Positions 13,800-27,210 of a DNA stretch of 64,000 bases are shown one piece after another. The DNA is taken from assembly GCF_006345805.1 (NCBI RefSeq), contig NC_043007.1, positions 50,406,001-50,470,000 on the forward strand, written 5' to 3'. This DNA is from Octopus sinensis. Taxonomy: Eukaryota. The notes under the pieces are model-generated. The model saw nothing but the letters and a program-made list of their open reading frames with translations, searched no databases and had not been told where the DNA came from. Position 1 is the stretch's first letter. Every line of letters starts with the position of its first letter. A program made the translations under genes and the position numbers.

Positions 13800-14330
13800 C
13801 AGTATCGATGAGGACGAACTAGCTGGTCTGTTTCGGGAGATTTTCGGGCGGAGGACTAATATGGACAACATCCAGAAATACTTGCCCTTGTAAAGCTACT
13901 GAGGGTTACTGCTGGATCGCAATAAACTCTACAAGCATGGAACCACTGTCATTTAGAACTGTCCGAGACGCGCGCAGTGTGAGAAAACTGCACTGCACCC
14001 ATACGTGAAGCGTCCTAGTATTACTAACTTATGAAGTTATGTCGAACTTCTATCGCCGTGCGTAGGCCGAATTCGAGTATCGGTTGAGTCCATTGAGAAT
14101 AGCTCCATCAACAAGGTGAGGTAGGCGGTGTCCCTCTGTCGAGAGGTTGTTTGAGGCTGAAGTTATTAAGGACAGATGCCTTAAGCAAAGAAGAAGGTAT
14201 CCTCTTTGTTTAAGTCATCGTTGACTTGGAAAGGAAGTACTTTTCTTTATCAAATTTGTGTAAAGGTGGTGACTGTGGCAAAAATGTTTAGGGTGAACGC
14301 AACTCATGTAAACAAGCACCTATAGATAGG
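13800..14330 (+). mobile_element. Tx1/L1-clade LINE C-terminal relic (zf-RVT region)
   Basis: DRNKLYKHGTTVI*NCPRRAQCEKTALHPYVKRPSITNL*SYVELL matches the CPRC..EET.LH...CP..LW pattern, with TGA replacing the Trp codon. Confidence 0.6.
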
Positions 14331-14609
14331 GGAACAATAGTTGAGCGAGGGCGTGTGCCCTTGATGATCAATGTGAGCATGGAATTGTGGGATTCCTTGA
14401 TTGGCTCTATTGTATCAGGAGTGCATCTTTCTTCTTTTCACATATTTTGTATATTATGCATACTTTTATATCATCTTTTTCTCTCTTCCTTCTTTCTTCC
14501 TTTTATCTTTTTATGTAAACACTTCACAAAATTGACATTCTCGCTCATTTGATACCACTGGCAAATAAAAGATATCATCATCATCATCATCATTATCGCC
14601 ATCACCACT

Positions 14610-14644
<35 letters not shown>

Positions 14645-14806
14645 TATTGGATTCAGTGTTTTCTTTGACAAGTGGGAAAAGAATTTTGCACCTTGTCATC
14701 GATAAGACATCTGACACGATAGCAGAGGATGGCGACTGACTGAGAGTAGACGAAATTTCAGTTCGTTGTCCGCCGTTTTTGTAGTTATTTATCCGAATTA
14801 TTATTA

Positions 14807-14849
<43 letters not shown>

Positions 14850-16742
14850 TTATTATTATTATTATTATTATTATTATATTATTATTATTATACCTCTTTT
14901 ATTTCTGCGTTTGCAGCTTTTTTATGATGCTTTTTGTCCTCTTTCTCTCAAATCTTTGTTAGTAAATTCCTATCAAATTATCATTGTTACTGACAGAAAG
15001 GTTCATTTCGACGTTAGTGGCCTCAATGTTACTAACAGCATCATATTACATTGGGAAAGCGGTTATCAGTTGGTTTAAACCAACACATTGTTTATCACTC
15101 ACTCTCCCCCTCTATTTCTTAATCCACCTCTCTTTGTGTTTATATACACAAACACAGGCAGATAAAGAGAATTCGTCCGCAACGAATTCTGTGAAAGCAA
15201 CGTAACAAGTCTTACAAAAGTCATTCTAAATGTATCCACTCTACTTTCTGTATTGAGTATTTGTCCGTAAATTGTGGCTGAACTTATTTTCAAACGGTAG
15301 CATACAACAAATATATATACATAAGTGATGGCTGTAACCCAATTTCGAGCAATGCCCTAGCTTGATGGTTCTCGTAAACATAAGCAGTACAGATCTAGTA
15401 TTTCAGTCATTTTGGAGACCTACACTTTTTGCACAGAAATGGCAACAAGGTACTCTTGCAGCCGGTACTCAGAGAGCTTTCAATCCATGTCGACTCGTAC
15501 CTTTATTCCACTATGGAATTTTTCCTTGAATGCTTTTCTTTCATTGGCTACCACAACCCATAGTATGCAACACGTTTGAGATGTTGAAGATCAAGCAATA
15601 CCTACACTTTAAAGTGAAGAAACGCTTTGAAGAGGATCAATACCACTATTAAAACATTATACGTATTTGCCCCCAAAGAAAATGTTTCCTTCTCCCGGAG
15701 TAATATCTAAACAAAGACTACAGGTCTTTAACTCCCAGCTGTTGGTTGGCCGTTCATTTTACTGAGTTTATTTCTTCCTTTGACAGATTTTGCTTTTCGT
15801 CAGGGAGAGTGACTAGCGCAAACACCCCCTCCTTACATAGCATGCTTGGTAGAGTTGCCGATTTAGTCACCGAGGCCTAACCGTGTAACAGCTTGTACAT
15901 ACGTACATGCGTACATACATACATGTATGTATGCATATAAACATGCACATACACGCACACATATTCACACACACTCAAACATATATATACAAATAAATAT
16001 ATTTGTAGGTGTACTACGCAGGGTAATTATGGCTGTTAGTTTAATCTTCGACTGTTTGCTCCTATTAAACAGTCTTTGGCTCAGAATGGAAAACTAAAAC
16101 ATTGTCTTTGAATCTCAAGTCACGTTATTTTCAATAATTACTATAACTGCATTCAGTTGCACCATCTCCGGAGAAAAAAGAACCCAGCAGATTTCAGTTA
16201 ATAATGTATACAAAACCAATCTACTCTACCTCATTTGTATAACACTGCATGTGTCGTTAACGTGTGAAGGTGAAGCTAAGATATAAGATAAACTTACAAG
16301 TATGTGTCTTTTGTGTAACATTTTCTATTTTAATTTTGTGCGTATAACGTACACACCGCACTTGTTCCACAGATTGTCCTCAGTGTGTCAAGCGAAGGAG
16401 ACCAAACTGATTAGTTCCACATTTATTAAAACCTCATAAGAAATCGGTTGCTAATTTCTGCCTATCGAGAAAATACTAGATTATGACTATTTTTATAATA
16501 AACACAATCTCGAAGGAAACAAAATTTTCATAACCGTGTATGTGTTTACTTAAATAGTATATACAACTGTTCCTTCAATGGACAGAAATAATTAACAAAT
16601 CTTTCATAAGACCCTAATTGGTTAGAACTAATCAAATCGATTTGTGCTTTAAAGATGAGGCCCTCCTTTTCCCGCTAGACCAAAAATGTGAAATGATTAA
16701 TACAATCTCACAAGTTTATCTTGCGGTCAGTCCGACGTATGA

Positions 16743-16773
<31 letters not shown>

Positions 16774-17324
16774 ATTTATATAAATGTAAGATCCAGAGAA
16801 CGAGGTGTGAGAAGAAAGTTACCTTCGAGCAATCCGTAGTAAATATAAAAACAAACAACTTTCAGGTTTATTAAGACGGAAGGTTGAGGATTTGTTTTCT
16901 TTTATCGAATTACGATGAGGTGAGAAAAAGTTCTTTTTATATTCCTCGGTAGGCAACCAGGAGAGTTGCCGAGTGAACGAAAAAGAATACAAGAGTTACG
17001 GAATGGAGTATGGGAAATCTGGGTCACATATGTTTCGACTTTGTTATTCATTCCTCCAGAATCGATAAAACAAGTAGAAGTAATATACACGGGATGGTTT
17101 AATTAACTATACAGTGTCATCTTGAAATCTGAAGCGTATAGTAAATCATACTTAGAAAAATATACTCGCAGCGGAGAAAGTGTAACCTTCATATCTTTGC
17201 TAAAAGATGGTGTAAATAGTAAAGGAGACTTATTCCAACAGAACTCCAACTTCACTGTTGGTCTTTTGTGAGATATTGCTGCAACACATTGCATAATACA
17301 AATTTTGTAACGTATATTAGCAAC

Positions 17325-17408
<84 letters not shown>

Positions 17409-17738
17409 CCGGGTTCAGTGAATATTAGTTTGACTATATCCTGGTTCAACCAAAGAAGATTGCAAATAAATACCGGAAGTACCCTACTGAGCATGCTAGT
17501 CAACTCTTTTTATGTACTCTACTGTATCTGCTACTTATCTGCTCTTTAGTTATGGGCTCCTTTTCGTTTTTACAGCTACAAAATTACCAAGACCAGTAGA
17601 ACAATAAAAAAATATGCGGGTTAACATGTGCGTGATAATATGAGTGTATCTGCATGCTTGTGTAATTTTTAGTTTGTAATAAAAATGTATAACATGCTCA
17701 ATACAACTCTTTCAACCGGAGATGTGTACATGTGTGTT

Positions 17739-17786
<48 letters not shown>

Positions 17787-18320
17787 GGTGTGTGCAGCAG
17801 AAGCGTGTGTCTGATTTCATACACAAACTTAAGAGCGTTGGCGGGAAAAGAGAAAGCACAAACAGAATGTCTGAACTCGAGACATAATGAGTCTCTAACC
17901 GAACACAGCCATCGTACTTTCACTTCCGCCATATGTTAATACAGCACAGAAATGGCGGCAAAGAGATAAACAAAAAAACACCAATTACAAGAAACAACAG
18001 ACAAAACAGGAGGAAAATGGCAAATAATAACAAATATATAATTAATTATTATAGGGGATTAGCAAGTTTTCTTATTCAATAATCGTTGTTATAATGACTA
18101 ATTGCTGACCAAATTAACTGGAGAATTATGTTAGTAATAGTATGGTATGCAGCAATGGTAGCATTCGGCCAGAAATAGTTCAGTTTTAATTAAAGACTTG
18201 ACCATAAATGTGTTAGCATTTTACAGATGGCATTGTGGTTTATGGCCGATAAATGTGTCATTTACAGGCAGAAAGGCTGAACTAAACAAACAAACAAGAC
18301 TACAATGATACCAAATATAT

Positions 18321-18354
<34 letters not shown>

Positions 18355-18367
18355 CACACACACACAC

Positions 18368-18417
<50 letters not shown>

Positions 18418-18457
18418 CATATGTATATATGCATATATATATATATACATCTATATA

Positions 18458-18511
<54 letters not shown>

Positions 18512-18590
18512 AGAAAAAGAAAGAATAGTTAAGAGAAAACACTAAATATGGGTGGATAGGTGAGAGATGAAGGGGCTCAAATACATATGT

Positions 18591-18629
<39 letters not shown>

Positions 18630-19149
18630 CATACATATATATATGTGTATGTATGTATATATATATATATATACACATGCATACACACACACACAGAAGG
18701 GTAGCAAGGGTGGGGGAGAAAGGACAACAGGAATTAAGTCAATCAAGTAAAAAGGATGGATGGTAATGTTCGTGTATGTACTTACGTATGAGTGCATATG
18801 TGCATATATGTATGTGTGTGTATATGTGTATACACACACATACACACATACTCATATGTGGAAGTTTCTTTGTATACATGTGTCTGCACGTGAATGTGAG
18901 TTTGGCAGGGAATATTAGTCTAACTGTATATATATATATATATGCATAGACACCCACAACCCACCCACACACACACAAATATATATGATTTGGACTGAAT
19001 GTTTGTATGTTGGTATGTGTAGGTGCTGGCGTGTTGCGTTGGTTTGTGGGTGGAACGGGGTCTGGGTGGGGCCTGACGGTAATTTTCAGCATTGTTGCTC
19101 TTGTTAATTCGATAATACTGTAGAAATGATTCAATAAATACACTCCATC

Positions 19150-19218
19150 ACATCATAAATCAGTTAATAACTGTAATCATCTCATCATTACCGTCATCAT
19201 TACCGTCATCATCATCGT

Positions 19219-19254
<36 letters not shown>

Positions 19255-19391
19255 AATTGTTGTCGTCGTCATTATCATCATCATCATCATTGTCATTTTC
19301 ATCATCGTCATCTTCGTCATTGCCGTTATCATCATCATCATCATCATCATCAACTCCACCATTGGTGGTTGCTGCTACCACCACAGAGGAA

Positions 19392-19460
<69 letters not shown>

Positions 19461-19463
19461 CAT

Positions 19464-19502
<39 letters not shown>

Positions 19503-19623
19503 TATTATATTATTATTATTATATTATCATTATTGTTGTTGTTGTTGTTGTTTTTGTCGTCGCTGTCGTTGTCGTCGATATTATTATTATAATCATTATT
19601 ATCATTATTATTATTATTATTAT

Positions 19624-19673
<50 letters not shown>

Positions 19674-19718
19674 ATAGTAGTTGTAGTAGTAGTAGTAGTA
19701 GTAGTAGTAATAGTAGTT

Positions 19719-19760
<42 letters not shown>
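19150..19760. repeat. Compound trinucleotide microsatellite (CAT/TAT/AAT/TAG)
   Basis: Directly visible. Confidence 0.95.
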
Positions 19761-21370
19761 AATAATTTCTCTGTTAATCATCGACACTCCCACCGCTACC
19801 AGCATCATAATGACCCGCATTATTATCATTACACTTTTTCTCAGCCGCCATCCACATACCTATAGCAACAGTGAAAGCATCGCACTCACCTCCACCACCA
19901 GTACCATTACACGCATCATCATCGCTGCGAACCTCTTAATCACCGACATCAATACTAGAAACCCCTTCGTGGCCAATGAATCTGCTAAAAGTAGCAACGA
20001 ATGACACTTTACTTATTCTAGCGCCCACAGCCTCAAAAAATAACAGGCGGCATGTGCACAAATGGAAATGTGTCGATCATATATTTACTGGATCAGGTTA
20101 GACCCGGGTCTAAAGAACATTTTCACCAACAATATACAAACACCGACGAGTTATAAACAAACACAAACATAGTCTCTCTTTCTCCCTCTCTCTCCCCCTC
20201 TCCCTCCCTCATGTACATGTATCTGTATATGTGTTTATGCGTGCTCTTGAACTGCCGTTTCGTTGACTGTAGCCTTTCTTTTACTAAACCTGTCGGTAGA
20301 TTGCACAGGAATCAATATTTGCGATGCAAATCATGTAAGAAAGTTTTGCAAGTACTCCCTTACGTCGAGGGGATTAATTCAGTTGATTCAGCCTTCATCG
20401 TCATGAATTCTTTGTTTGAGACTCCCAAGGAAGAACCGGAGCTTGTATTGGCACTGGGAAAATATTTTTCTTTCGTTTAGAGACAGAGTAGCAAATAATT
20501 TGTTTATGCGTATAAGACAGAGACCATATCACTTTGTGACTGAATTTTTAAATATAATTTAAGCGTAGTGTGGCGAATGATTTCGTTTTTCTGTTCATAA
20601 GACAGAGACCACATTATTTTCTTCACACAACTCTAATTTTGTCACCACCTCGAAGATAATACCACGGCACTTCCAATGTAGATTTAGAAATTGAGAGACA
20701 AAAGAAAGACCAACACATCAGACGAACAGTATTTGATAAGGCACAAATAAGGTGAAATGTAGACCCCCACATTACTCGCAATCAAAATGTGTTGGTATCA
20801 GCATACACCATGATTCTCGATGTTTTGTTTTCTAGGTACATATAATTGCGAAATGCTATTATCTTATTGCACAGTAAGACGGTATGCATATAAAATGTTG
20901 TTTTCTATTACTTTTACCAGGTATTAAATGGCAAGCCTTAGACAGAACGAATTTTCTGAGAATATAAGCTGTCCCAAGGGAGGAAGATATTTTTGAGCAT
21001 TCGCATGTCCGCTTTGATGTTCAACCGTACCAGTTAGTTGTTAGTTTTTAAGAGATTGAGGACCTTGCGCTCCAATGAGAAATGACACCACTTTCACTGT
21101 CGCTGCTAGCATTCTCCACATGATATTTCTACATTTAAATCAGCATATTTAGCGATCTTTTCTACTTCCATGTCTGTAGTTTTTGAGTTGGCAGCATTTG
21201 TTCCAGTTCTTTACGTTCAAATCCAGCTGAGGTCAATTTTACCTTCCACTCATTTAGAAATCAAGTTGCAGTTAAGTGCTGCGGTTGATGCTAAACACCA
21301 ACGCTCTCTCCTCGAAATTCTCACCGTGTACCTAAATTAGAAATTACCGCTGCTGCTGCTGCTGCTGCTG

Positions 21371-21431
<61 letters not shown>

Positions 21432-21552
21432 TACTACAAAATCCTGTTTGTAGGAGTCACTGTTTTTTACTAAAACATTGAGATTTGAACTGAGTCTATT
21501 CTACGTTGCCTAAGTATGTGTGTGTGTGTGCGTGTGTATGTGTGCGTGTGTG

Positions 21553-21813
21553 TGTTGTGATGAGAATTACGACACACCCTTGCAAAAGATAGACTGGTCC
21601 GAGTAAAGTATAAATAGTAACGATCCGAGTGATTTCGAGGTTCAGAGTTGAGAGAAGTTCGTGTTAGTTCGCGGTGAAGTCAGATGTTGGTTGGTTAGTT
21701 CACAACGAATGTTGATTGTTGTTTCGTGAAGAGATTTGTTAGTTCATTACATTGTTGTTGTTACTGTTGTCTAGTTATTTTATTTATTGTACGTAACAAA
21801 TTACGTTACAACA
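21553..21813 (+). mobile_element. Probable solo LTR, 261 bp
   Basis: Termini TGTTGTGA...TTACAACA (TG..CA inverted ends), TATA-like gtataaatag at ~21608, flanked by GTGTG on both sides (weak TSD because the site is a (TG)n tract). Confidence 0.55.
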
Positions 21814-21874
21814 GTGTGTATGTGTGTGTGTGTGTGCGTGTGTGTGTGTGCGCATGTAAGTAAGTACTTACATA

Positions 21875-22102
21875 TAACAATATTTTCTACTCTAGGCACA
21901 TGGCTCGAAATTATTTTTTTGTTGTGGGGGCCGCAGTCGATTATATCGATCCCAGTACGCAACTGGTACTCAATTTATCGACCCCGAAAGGATGAAGAGC
22001 AGAGTCGACCTCGGCGGAATTTGAACTCAGAACGTAAAAGACAGACGAAATACAGTTAAGCACTTCGCCCGGCGTGCTAACGTTTCTGCCAGCTCGCCGC
22101 CT
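21875..22102 (-). mobile_element. SINE family B, near full length
   Basis: Reverse complement of the 35529-35762 head and body (ggcggcgagctggcagaaacgttagcacgccgggcg). Confidence 0.85.
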
Positions 22103-22172
22103 TTACATATAAAATTAATAAATAGATGCATATATATGTTTTTCCATTTTCTTTCTTTCCTACTTTTCTATG

Positions 22173-22213
22173 GTCCTTTCTGTGGAAAAGCGTAGGCTCG
22201 AAGCATTAAAGAC
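22173..22213 (+). ncRNA. Degenerate hammerhead-like motif in a short repeat (22140-22305)
   Basis: CTTT-CTGTGGA-A-AAGC-GTAG-GCTC-GAAG-C-ATT-AAAG; same repeat family as 33083-33121; core mutated. Confidence 0.45.
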
Positions 22214-22307
22214 TTTTCCACTTCCCGAGCGTTAAACTAATACATCTGTTTGCTGTCTACACCACCTGTCTTCATCTTTTGCTTTTTTGTGAATTCTCCC
22301 CCTATAT

Positions 22308-22351
<44 letters not shown>

Positions 22352-22375
22352 ATTATATATGTATGTATATATATA

Positions 22376-22437
<62 letters not shown>

Positions 22438-22473
22438 ATATATATATATATATATAATATATATATATATATA

Positions 22474-22690
22474 TACTAACAGAGATACCCGGCGTTGCCC
22501 GGTTAAGTTCAATTGAAGAATTAGACTTTTCTGTTATATTTCCTGTAATGAACTGGAATATGTATGTTTCGAATTTCATCAAAATTGCAGATGTGGGTTT
22601 TTTTCCCTCTTTACACACTCTAAAAAAAATTGTAATCATGCCACATGTATCCCATACTACTGATTTTTATGCGCATATTCTAAAATTCCA
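22474..22690 (+). mobile_element. Non-autonomous Helitron/Helentron-type fragment
   Basis: Starts tactaacagagatacccggcgttgcccgg after (TA)n and contains aatttcatcaaaattg, the reverse complement of the motif repeated at 6805-7830. Confidence 0.4.
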
Positions 22691-23548
22691 GTCTTATTGA
22701 ACCTGATAAAAAGATTTTGCTCCTGATAAATGAAGGTCATGGAGCTCTAAAATGTGAGAGTTAAGACCCCTGTTGGGGATGGACATCTTGATGTCAACCA
22801 GAGAAGTTGAATTGTTGAGAATCTTTTTAACTTGGGTCTTATATCTATTGTTTGAAATTCTTTGAAATAGGAAATATATGTTTACTGGGTTTGTAAAAGA
22901 GAGCAAAGCTACAGGAAACCAAAAGACGAATGATCACAATAAGCAGTCAGTTACCCTATCCTAGACGTTACCACTCCCAATGTAGGATTCCTCACCATCC
23001 AGGTGACAGTCACAGCCTTAAGATGCATTACGAATCTATAGCAATTGAAAGGGCGTGACCCAACTGAAATCACCATTAACTGTGTGACGTGAGGGCTGAT
23101 GAGAAATTAAAGTGTCACCTCTGGAGTTTGCTAATACGTAACTGGACAGAATAAATTTACAATCTATAAATGTCTTTGAATAACCAGTCACTCATCTAGG
23201 AAGGCCTTGAAATCAATGTTACCATCTGGGGACGATGTGTGACCCAGTGATAATAAAAAGACTGAAAGGAGGTCTGCAACCAATTAACTTTACTCAACAC
23301 TTTGCAACTGAATCAATGGAGGCAAAGATGCCTCTCATTTACTTGACAATTTATGCACCACATTGCTGCAATCACAATGTAAGTGAATGTCAAAGCAAAC
23401 TGTTATATATGAATTGTCATAGGGTTTATAGCCCTTATGCATAAAATATAATTTCCAAATTTCATAAAGATTCACTCAGTACTTTTGACCTAGCTTTGGA
23501 TCATAAAAGAAATGACTAAAATTGGGAGTTAAGGCTCCCATTAGGGTG

Positions 23549-23590
<42 letters not shown>

Positions 23591-23604
23591 TATATTATAT
23601 ATAT

Positions 23605-23682
<78 letters not shown>

Positions 23683-23819
23683 CATAGATACATAGATAGA
23701 TACATAGATACATAGATAGATATAGATATAGATATAGGTACACACACACATACAAAGATAAATTGATAGATACAACTGAGTGACCAAACAAAAATATGAG
23801 ACACAGCCTAGTGCATTTT

Positions 23820-24010
23820 TATGTTGATAAGCCTGGTACTTATTCTATTAGTTTTTTCTTGTGAAACCAGTAAGTTATGTGGATGTAAATGAATGAACAG
23901 CAATTGTGAAGCAGTGATGCGGGAAAAACACAATGACACACACATAGACATACATATATACATACATATATATACGATTGATGTGTTTCAGTTCCTGTCT
24001 ACGAAATCTA
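23820..24010 (-). mobile_element. SINE family A remnant interrupted by the RTE insertion
   Basis: tggtacttattctatt...gtaagttatgtggatgtaaa...tttcagttcctgtctacgaaatc. Confidence 0.65.
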
Positions 24011-24012
24011 TA

Positions 24013-26730
24013 GATATTGTTGTTGGCATCCTTTTTGTCTTTGGAGACAATGCAGTTGCGGATAAAATAATCTAGTCCAGCTTTTACATTTCATGTCCTA
24101 ATACATCTCCTGCTGTGGCTGTGTAGTCCTATCTGGGACAAACACTCCCGCTGGCTGGTGCCGCAAATGTAGCGAAGACTTTGCCTGGCTGGTTGTAATG
24201 TCATAGTCTCTTGTTGACGTCTTTTCTTGTCTTTCCATTTCTCCTTTCTCTCTATGTCACTCCTTTGTGTTCCCTCTTTTACGGTACGTTGCCAATGTCC
24301 ACGGTTGCTGGTAACTGCTTCCCAGTCGGTAATATTGATGTTGCAGGCATTCATGTCCCTTTTGCACACATCCTTGTATCGTAAGAACGGTCTTCCCACA
24401 GACCTAGTGCCCCTAGCAAGCTCTCCGTTGAGTATGTCCTTGGGGATTCTGCCATCTTCCATACGGCTAACATGTCCAAACCATCTCATACGTCTTTGTG
24501 TGAGGAGTGCAAACATGCTTGGTATTCCTGCTTGCTTGAGGACATCTTTGTTGGGGACATGATTCTGCCATTTGATGCGAAGGATTTTCCGGAGGCAACG
24601 CAGGTGAAAGATAGTTAGGCGACGCTCTTGGCGTGTGTATGGCGTCCAAGTCTCACTTCCATACAGTAGAGTGCTAAGTACACATGCCTGGTAAATCATT
24701 TTTGTGGTCTTCGTCAGCTTATTGTTGTCCTATGCCCGTTTGGAGAGTTGGGCCATCACAGCAGCTGCCTTGCCAATGCGTATATTGAGCTCAGCATCAA
24801 GGGATAGGTTGTAGGTGACGGTAGAGCCAAGATAGGTAAACTTCTCCACCTCCTGTAGTCTGTGGTCTCCAATATGTATGTTTGGGATGTCCGATGTAGC
24901 CTAACCTATGATGTTTGTCTTCTTGAGGTTGATAACTAAGCCAAAGTTGCCATGTACTTGCTCAAAACAGTTGATGAGCCTTTGTAGGGCTTTTTCTGTG
25001 TGTGATACCAGAGCGGCATCATCAGCAAATAGCATCTCCTTGATCAGGACGCTTCTGAATTTGGTCTTGGCACGCAGACGCGAGAGATTGAACAGCTTCC
25101 CATCACTTCTACTGTGCAGAAACACTCCATCATCTGATGTCCCAAAGGTATCTGACAGCACCAGCGAGAAGAAGATGCCAAATAATGTAGGAGCAAGGAC
25201 ACAACCTTGCTTTACCCCATTTTTTATTTGGAAGGCGGCTGATGTTGAACCATTGTGCTGTATGGTGCCTTGCCTATCATCATGGAAAGATTTGATGATC
25301 CTCAGCAGCTTTGGTGGACATCCGATTTTTTGGAGCAGGATGAAGAGGCCTTTTCTACTTACCAACTCAAAGGACTTTGTCAGATCAATGAAGGCCATAT
25401 ATGGTGGCCTTTTCTGCACACTGAACTTCTCCTGAAGTTGGCGTATGGAGAATATCATGTCAATAGTTGATCTGCTTCTTCTGAAGCCACACTGCGATTC
25501 TGGATAAATTCGAGAAGCAAGCAGTTGCAGCCTGGACAGGATAATGCGAGCAAAGGCCTTTCCAACAGTGCTTAGAAGAGATATTCCACGGTAATTATTA
25601 CAATCACCACGATCACCTTTTTTTTGTAAAGCGTAATGATGTTAGCATCCCGCATATCCTGAGGGACTGTACCCTTTTCCCAGCACTGACATAGAAGCTC
25701 ATGAAGGTGCCGAAGTAGGATAGTGTTTTTGCCGGTTTTGATGATCTCTAAGGTGATGCCGAATTTTTCTGGAGCCTTGTTTCTTGCTAGGGAGTCAATA
25801 GCCTTGGTGAGTCTTGCTATAGATGGCAGACTGTCAAGTTCGCATATGACTGGCAAGATCTTGACACCCTCGATTGCAGCCTCAGCTACCGTGGTCTCCC
25901 GTGAGTAGAGATTCTGGTAGTACTCCACCCATCTATCCATTTGCTTGCTTTTGTCCTTGATGAGATCTCCAGTAGTTGATTTCAGAGGGGCTGACTTGGT
26001 TGCGGATGGACCGAGGGCCTTCATCAAACCGGCATACATCCCATGGGTGTCACCACTGTCAGCAGCTGACTGGATACTCTGACAGATTTCCTGCCAATAC
26101 CTATTTGCACAGCGTCTGACAGTCAGTTGGATTTTATTTCTTGCCTTTCTGAGTTCTTCGAGTGACTTTGTGGAAGAATCACTCGTGTATTGCATCAGAG
26201 CTGCACGCTTTGCTTCGATAACTGCTTCCAGGTCTGAGAGCCCAGCACTGAACCAATCTGGGTTTTGCCTTTCTCTGATGCCGAAAGTATCTATTGATGT
26301 GGTATACAAAGCTTCCCTGATATAATTCCACCTACTTTCAGCAGAGGAGGTTGGGCAGCTACTGAGGGCAACCTTCATAGAAACAGCAAAACCTTGTCGC
26401 AGTGTAGGGTCCGAGGTTCTGGCAGTGTTAATGTGTGGTCGGCCCATTTTCTTGGAGTGATGGACATTTTTAGGCAGAATCCTCACCTTGCTTCTTATTA
26501 GTGAATGATCAGTGTCACAATCCGCGCTATGATAACTACAGGTCAGTTGAACAGAATTCAGAAAATATCTTCGTGTAATGATGAAATCCAGCTGATGCCA
26601 GTGGTGAGATCTTGGATGTCTCCAAGATGCCTTGTTGGCAAAGAATGTGTTAGTGATGAACAGGTTATGGTATATGTAAAATTCAAGTAGTCTCTGACCA
26701 TTGTCATTCATGTTGCCAATACCAAAACAC
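24013..26730 (-). mobile_element. RTE-clade LINE, 5'-truncated, with TSD
   Basis: APE C-terminus (HWHQLDFIITRR, DTDHSL), RT motifs (AFIDLTKSFELV, GVKQGCVLAPTLF, LFADDAAL), RTE C-terminus (QRRMRWFGHVSRMEDGRIPKDIL, CLSQIGLHSHSRRC), (CAA)n tail; TTCCTGTCTACGAAATCTATA at 23992-24012 and 26762-26782. Confidence 0.95.
24091..26730 (-). pseudogene. RTE ORF2 (endonuclease plus reverse transcriptase), disrupted
   Basis: Track ORFs 25572-26750, 24901-25458 and 24091-24699 join through a frameshift in an A9 run (~25617-25626) and in-frame TAG stops at 24901-24903 and ~24730. Confidence 0.9.
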
Positions 26731-26776
26731 ATACACTTACATATATACATATATATACGATTTCCTGTCTACGAAA

Positions 26777-26834
<58 letters not shown>

Positions 26835-26836
<2 letters not shown>

Positions 26837-27210
26837 TAAATTAGAGATAAAACCACTATTAGGCAAATCAAACAGTGAAAATCATAAGCCAATACATAGA
26901 AATAAAATTAATTAAAAAATATATAAAAAATTTCAAATATAAAATATAAAAATCCAATTAAAATATTTAAATTAAAGTTAAAATTTTTAAAAATTATTTA
27001 AATTAATAAATTAAACTTATAGATTATAAATATATATATATTTTTATTATTATTTTATTTAATTATTTATTTTATTTTATTTATTTATTATTTTTTTTTT
27101 AAATATTTTTTTTATTTTATTTTATTTTTTTATTTTATTTTATTTTTATATTTATTTATTTATTTTTTTTATAAACTATCAAAATGTATTAAAAGTTTAA
27201 TAAGATAAAG
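26835..27210. repeat. Extremely AT-rich repeat related to 55921-56520
   Basis: ttagagataaaaccactattaggcaaatcaaacagtga at 26841 resembles ttagagaaaaaaatgatattatgcaattcaaacaatga at 56006; both abut (TA)n. Confidence 0.45.

Noticed and set aside
26880-27170. Mitochondrial insertion (NUMT) interpretation of the AT-rich block
   Set aside because: No tRNA, rRNA or mitochondrial protein motif is visible.
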